Shown here: one piece after another, positions 59,590-64,000 of the stretch
How the letters are laid out: each line of letters begins with the position of its first letter
Numbering within the stretch: the stretch's first letter is position 1
Source: Perkinsus chesapeaki ATCC PRA-425
Taxonomy: Eukaryota > Protista > Perkinsozoa
Reading direction: 5' to 3'
DNA length: 64,000 nucleotides
NCBI GenBank assembly: GCA_013115145.1
Contig: JAAPAO010000137.1
Coordinates: 1-64,000 of the forward strand
Notes under the pieces: model-generated
Database searches by the model: none
What the model was told of the DNA's origin: nothing
The model's input: the letters and a program-made list of their open reading frames with translations, nothing else
Made by a program: the position numbers and the translations under genes

Positions 59590-61108
59590 ATGAGACGCCA
59601 GTCAGATTCGTCCGACCAAAGCGGACGAAACTCGGTAGCCTCCAATGCCTCCGGGAGAGTAGATAGTTCTCATAGCGGACCAGACCCCGAACTTGTCGAG
59701 CTTGCTGAACAAATGAATTTGCCTGTTCAAGATTTGGAAGAGTTTAGAGAGGTGGGCCACCTATCATCTATGTACGTGCCAGCTCTGGACTTCCTAACGC
59801 ATCCCCCACAAACCTCAATTGGCCCGTTTCCCATTCACTATACTCAATAGTATCGCTTCAGGTCTTCAGCCTGGTCGATACTGATAGAGGAGGGAGCATA
59901 AGCATTGAAGTGAGCATCGAGCACGTTTATATAAGAAATTATAATATAGAGGAGACGGTCTGTAGAAGACCTTATAGCGGAACAATAATTAAGCCTATAG
60001 TAGTCACTTGAGCTGACAAGCATACAGTCTGCGAGTCTGGCCGCTAACTTTACACTGTTTATCATCCGCTTAACCACCCCACTGCTGACGATCGTTGTCT
60101 CGTTGAGACAGAGCTAAGCTCTGTCTAGTCTATCTTGCTTCTCGTGGACAAAGAGACTAGCATGACCCCACGCGCCACTTCGAGTTGCGGTACGTGACAG
60201 GAGGACGTAATGTGAATCACACAACGCAGAATCTTCATTGGAGCTTCTCAGGAGCTCGGAACACTCATGGACACGCTCGGTGTGAAAGTGACGCCGGAGG
60301 AGTTGGAAATAATGGTTGCTGAAATCGATGAAAACGGGAATGGAGAAATAGACTTTGAAGAATTCGTGCAAGTAAGATTGATATTGTGACAGTGTTGTGT
60401 ATACGTTCAAGGTGATGTCTCGGAAGACGAGCGCTGACCATTCACCAGATGAAGTTAAGAGCGCTTTCAAACTATTCGCTGCTCCGGAGGCACCCGACGG
60501 AACAATATCATTGAAGGATTTAGAAGATGCTTTAACAGTACGGCAGCCGAGCGGCGTACCACCTCCACACGAATTGGTTCGCCCCAGTGCGCCTACGTGC
60601 CGAGCCTCGTATTCCTATTGGGAATTTCCCGATAATAACTTCGTTATGAGAACCAGAAATGGAACGTGCTTACGGAGTACTCGCATATACACTGCGACAG
60701 ATTCCAATTCTCGCCGCGCGCTGAGGGGTTGATTCCCCGGTATATCTGGTACGAGTGTTAATAGGTCACTGATATCATGTTTGTACGTCAATAACTCACA
60801 ATATGAAGACTTCATGCGCCGCATGAAGACTAATACGTGATATTGAATTTTTAAGATGAAAAAAAAGTTGATAAGAATTTGACGCGTAGTGTATCTTTCG
60901 AATTCTCTCGTACAACGTATCACACTGTTAGTCTGAAAATGATGTTACAGCTTACCCCGCTCGATGTCGGGGCGGTAGTATCTTATGTCAGAATTATGGC
61001 AGGGATAGACTCACAAAGGAAGAAGCTCAAGAGTTATGCTCTCACCTTGATAACACAGATGGGCGCTTTAATTATCGTGACTATGTGAATATGACAATGG
61101 ACCAGTGA
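59590..61108 (+). CDS. Calmodulin-like EF-hand protein with an N-terminal Ser-rich extension, multi-exon
   Basis: EEFRE|VFSLVDTDRGGSISIE|ELGTLM..EIDENGNGEIDFEEFVQ|VMSRK..VKSAFKLF..; last exon LCSHLDNTDGRFNYRDYVNMTMDQ*; EF1-2 canonical, EF3-4 degenerate. Confidence 0.85.
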
Positions 61109-61728
61109 GAATCATCCGAGGTGTTCGATAATGGCATCCAATGAAGTCATGACGCTGGTGGCACGTTAAAGTATCTTCGGAGTTCGTGTTGAATTTCAAG
61201 TCGAATATACAAGCGGACTCGAGCCGACCAGGTCAGGCGAAAGATGAGAGACGCAGATAAATGAATACGCACCCAGGCAAATCAGAGTGTCTCAGAACCA
61301 GAAAGCTAATTGCCGATACAATTCCCCCTCGTGTGTTAAGCACAAAACCGTTTCATTAGTGGGAGAAAACAAGTGGTATAGGTCTTCATGTCCGCACCGA
61401 TTGCGCATCGTTTGTCAGTGCGCTGCGACTGTATAATAGTTATAGGACTATAAAGGTTGAACTTGACAGGGCAGGCGAATTATTAGGCGGCTATTATGAA
61501 CATGAGTTTCGTAACTCAGTGAGTGTTCTGAATTCCTATGTACTCACTAACAAACAGAATAAGCTTGAGGTGGAAAAGCAGACAACAAATAAAATATAGA
61601 TCAAAGCTTGCCACTGAGGTTACTTCTGTGGACTACGCGAGCTATAATAGCTCAGATATTACTTTACTGAAATAAGTTATCCTTTAGGATACCTTATCGC
61701 AAAAGGTATCTATGAAAAGTTAGTAGAG

Positions 61729-62670
61729 CTAACACGTAACAGGATAGTTCATTGGGCTCAAACCACAATTCTGATCGATTGGGTCAATACAAACAGATGA
61801 GCCGTCAGCGTCAGTGTGAAGGCCACGACAGATGTGCCTATCAGACCTGCACTCGATGTGATAGTTTTCCTTCGCACAGAGATTGTTGCCGTGCTCGTTA
61901 CAGAATACATCACATGAGTTGCGAGGCTTGTAAGGAGTTGGGGGAGTCGTCCTCTTGCATCTTACTGGCCTGTTGGCCTTACCATAGCCACATTTACCAT
62001 CTCCCTTATCGAAACACTTATGCTTGAAAGTTGAGTCGGTCCAGTAGAGGCCTCTGCATATCGGAGGAACTCTGTCTTCCCGACACTCGTACAATGTGTT
62101 GTTGAATTTACACTCATCAACGACGGGCTCAGGCACGGGTGTAGTAGTTGTAGTCGGGCAGGGCTCAGGAGTGGTAGTTGTAGTCGGGCAGGGCTCAGGA
62201 GTAGTAGTTGTAGTCGGGCAGGGCTCAGGAGTGGTAGTTGTAGTTGGGCAGGGCTCAGGAGTGGTAGTTGTAGTTGGGCAGGGCTCAGGAGTAGTACTTG
62301 TAGTCGGGCAGGGCTCAGGAGTAGTAGTTGTGGTCGGGCAGGGCTCAGGAGTGGTAGTTGTGGTCGGGCAGGGCTCAGGACCTTCAGTTGTGGTAGTAGA
62401 GCTTCCCTCACACTCCACTGGGGTGTTCATTGGATAATACCCACATTTACCATCTTCTACATCAATACATATCTCAGTTTTCTTTGCATCGGTCCAATAA
62501 AGATGCTGGCAGATGTGAACCGGCTTTTCCTTACGACATATGAAATCACCACCATGACGAGTACAAGCACCATTACTGTGCTGGTCACAAAATGATTTGC
62601 AATCCTTTGCAATATCAGAGCGACCAAAAGCACTAGAAATAACGAGGGCGATGCCGACTGGTGCCTTCAT
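61729..62670 (-). CDS. Intronless secreted Cys-rich protein with a Thr/Pro-rich mucin-like stalk
   Basis: Signal MKAPVGIALVISSAFG; three related Cys-rich domains (C..LYWT/LHT..C..CG..PVxC); 8 x PEPCPTTTTT. Confidence 0.85.
   Translation of the reverse strand: MKAPVGIALVISSAFGRSDIAKDCKSFCDQHSNGACTRHGGDFICRKEKPVHICQHLYWTDAKKTEICIDVEDGKCGYYPMNTPVECEGSSTTTTEGPEPCPTTTTTPEPCPTTTTTPEPCPTTSTTPEPCPTTTTTPEPCPTTTTTPEPCPTTTTTPEPCPTTTTTPEPCPTTTTTPVPEPVVDECKFNNTLYECREDRVPPICRGLYWTDSTFKHKCFDKGDGKCGYGKANRPVRCKRTTPPTPYKPRNSCDVFCNEHGNNLCAKENYHIECRSDRHICRGLHTDADGSSVCIDPIDQNCGLSPMNYPVTC
62138..62380. repeat. Coding 30-bp tandem repeat (8 units, PEPCPTTTTT)
   Basis: gggctcaggagtRgtagttgtRgtYgggca repeated in phase. 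Confidence 0.95.
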
Positions 62671-63631
62671 GGTGAAGAATGAATAAAAATTAGGTGTAAG
62701 TTCGCTGTATGTGGAAATGGGTGACGCGGATTCATCGCCCAACTAGCTCCCGTGGCGGGCGTGGAGCGTTCTCCCATGGCCAGTAGTTTCATCCGCAATT
62801 TTCGAGAGTATTTACCCTGCGAGCGACAAAGCGCATTCCCTTGTATCAAGCAAAACGTGGGGCTCCAGTGCCACAACTCTAGAGAGAGCAGGAAGCAATA
62901 TTGAGTGTAAGCCGACTCAGCGAGAGAATGTGCGGTACGGTTCTAGTCCCAGTGCTGCTGCTCCAGGTAACACACGCGACGTGGGAAGCCGCGAAGGTCA
63001 ATTACTGGTCTTGCACTCAATTTGGCACTACCAACTTGCGATTTGCAAGCTCATAGTGCTGCTGCAGTCTGTTGGCAGGTTTTGAAGAACCCACTCCTGA
63101 CAATGGGTTTAAACACCGTATGACATTGCCTAAGTGACATGGTGATCTCCAGCGCCACCACTCGTATTAACCCCGGCCTGGGTTTGACCTTCCGTTAGCC
63201 ATGAAACTGTCCCTTGGAAGCATTACCACTCTAACGTGCACTTATAATACCGGGAAGTATCGTAGAGTCTCAACAGTGCTGAAGGTCTTCCCGCAAGAGT
63301 ATGGTACTGTGAAGCTTCGGTACCCGAGTTGCTGTTGGCGCCTTGCTCCTCGGCTTCTCTCTGAGACTCTGGTCGGCGACCAGTGGTCGCTATGATACGT
63401 CTATCCTTTATCGAGCCCAAGACAAAGTAATCTTTCTGATACGGTATCAATAAGACGTTCGACAAGGTCTAGACCTCCTACCAAACTATGGTTCATCGAC
63501 TCGTACGGTGATTCCTATTAGAATGTGCGCCACGTAAAGTTTTCATAGAAAGGCGCGATATAAAGTTACTTTGGTAAAGTGACAATAGCTCCGTGACACT
63601 AATTTGGTAAAAGGCCCAGTCATCATTCTAG

Positions 63632-63927
63632 TCACTCTTCTGGCGTAGTCTTCTTACAGCAGGGACAGCTCGCACCGCCGCAAAAAGCTACGTCCGAAAA
63701 GCAGTCTGGAATCAAGAATTCTACATCCATGCATCGACGACATTTTTTGCACTTGGATTGCTTACAGCACGGGCAGTCGGGCCCATCACATTTAAGGGCT
63801 TGGCCAGGACATGATGGACTGAACGGGGTCCGTCTGCATATCTTACATTCGACGCATTCTTGGGTGGGAATGCATAAGTGAGTCCGACAACAACGAGACA
63901 TACGATGGCATAGGAGAGACGCATCAT
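63632..63927 (-). pseudogene. Apparently frameshifted secreted peptide with two 8-Cys modules (pseudogene, sequence error or recoding)
   Basis: Signal peptide MMRLSYAIVCLVVVGLTYA lies in one frame; the duplicated Cys module lies in an overlapping frame ending at stop 63632. Confidence 0.55.
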
Positions 63928-64000
63928 TTGTGGACTTACAAATGAAACCTTAAAGAGCAGGCCAGCGTTATGAGATATATCAGCCAAAAACTGTCAAACT

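Noticed and set aside
32981-61108. Ciliary gene cluster (POC1, TTLL10-like, EF-hand protein)
   Set aside because: POC1 is about 20 kb from the others, with unrelated genes between; the ciliary role of the EF-hand protein is unproven
61962-62437. LLSPARLQL and GSGVVVVVGQ repeat ORFs
   Set aside because: Alternative frames of the 30-bp coding repeat; only the PEPCPTTTTT frame has a signal peptide and flanking domains
1-64000. Spliced-leader RNA gene, exact relict SL, or rRNA/snRNA genes
   Set aside because: I saw no exact ACCGTAGCCATCTTGGCTCAAG-type sequence or rRNA/snRNA signature on either strand; a by-eye scan can miss degenerate copies

Overview
Intron-rich eukaryotic nuclear DNA. Short GT-AG introns, at least one GC-AG intron, tight gene spacing and intronless secreted hypothetical proteins suggest a Perkinsus-like alveolate; this is an inference, not a database result. 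Genes were reconstructed by manual exon stitching. They are: a 5'-incomplete gene with at least five tandem truncated-haemoglobin domains, an eIF4E paralogue, Hsc70-interacting protein (HIP/ST13), a papain-family protease, a WD40 protein, an intronless secreted hypothetical, an FkbM-like methyltransferase, two tandem RpiB genes, a carbonyl-reductase-like SDR, POC1, RPL26, an intronless METTL2/6-like methyltransferase, DNA2, TTLL10-like, a calmodulin-like protein, a Thr/Cys-rich secreted protein and a frameshifted Cys-rich peptide. Four observations stand out. (1) All six tRNA genes I found sit inside introns, five antisense to the host gene, and some nearly fill the intron; a separate 44-nt intron resembles a tRNA 3' half. 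(2) A ~27-bp hairpin-forming motif recurs next to splice boundaries in several unrelated genes, in both orientations. (3) A 1.4-kb non-autonomous element has ~215-bp terminal inverted repeats. (4) The multi-globin protein itself. Exon boundaries were read by eye and may be off by a few bases. Regions 10.2-12.8 kb, 17-21 kb and 50.4-56.5 kb remain largely unexplained.
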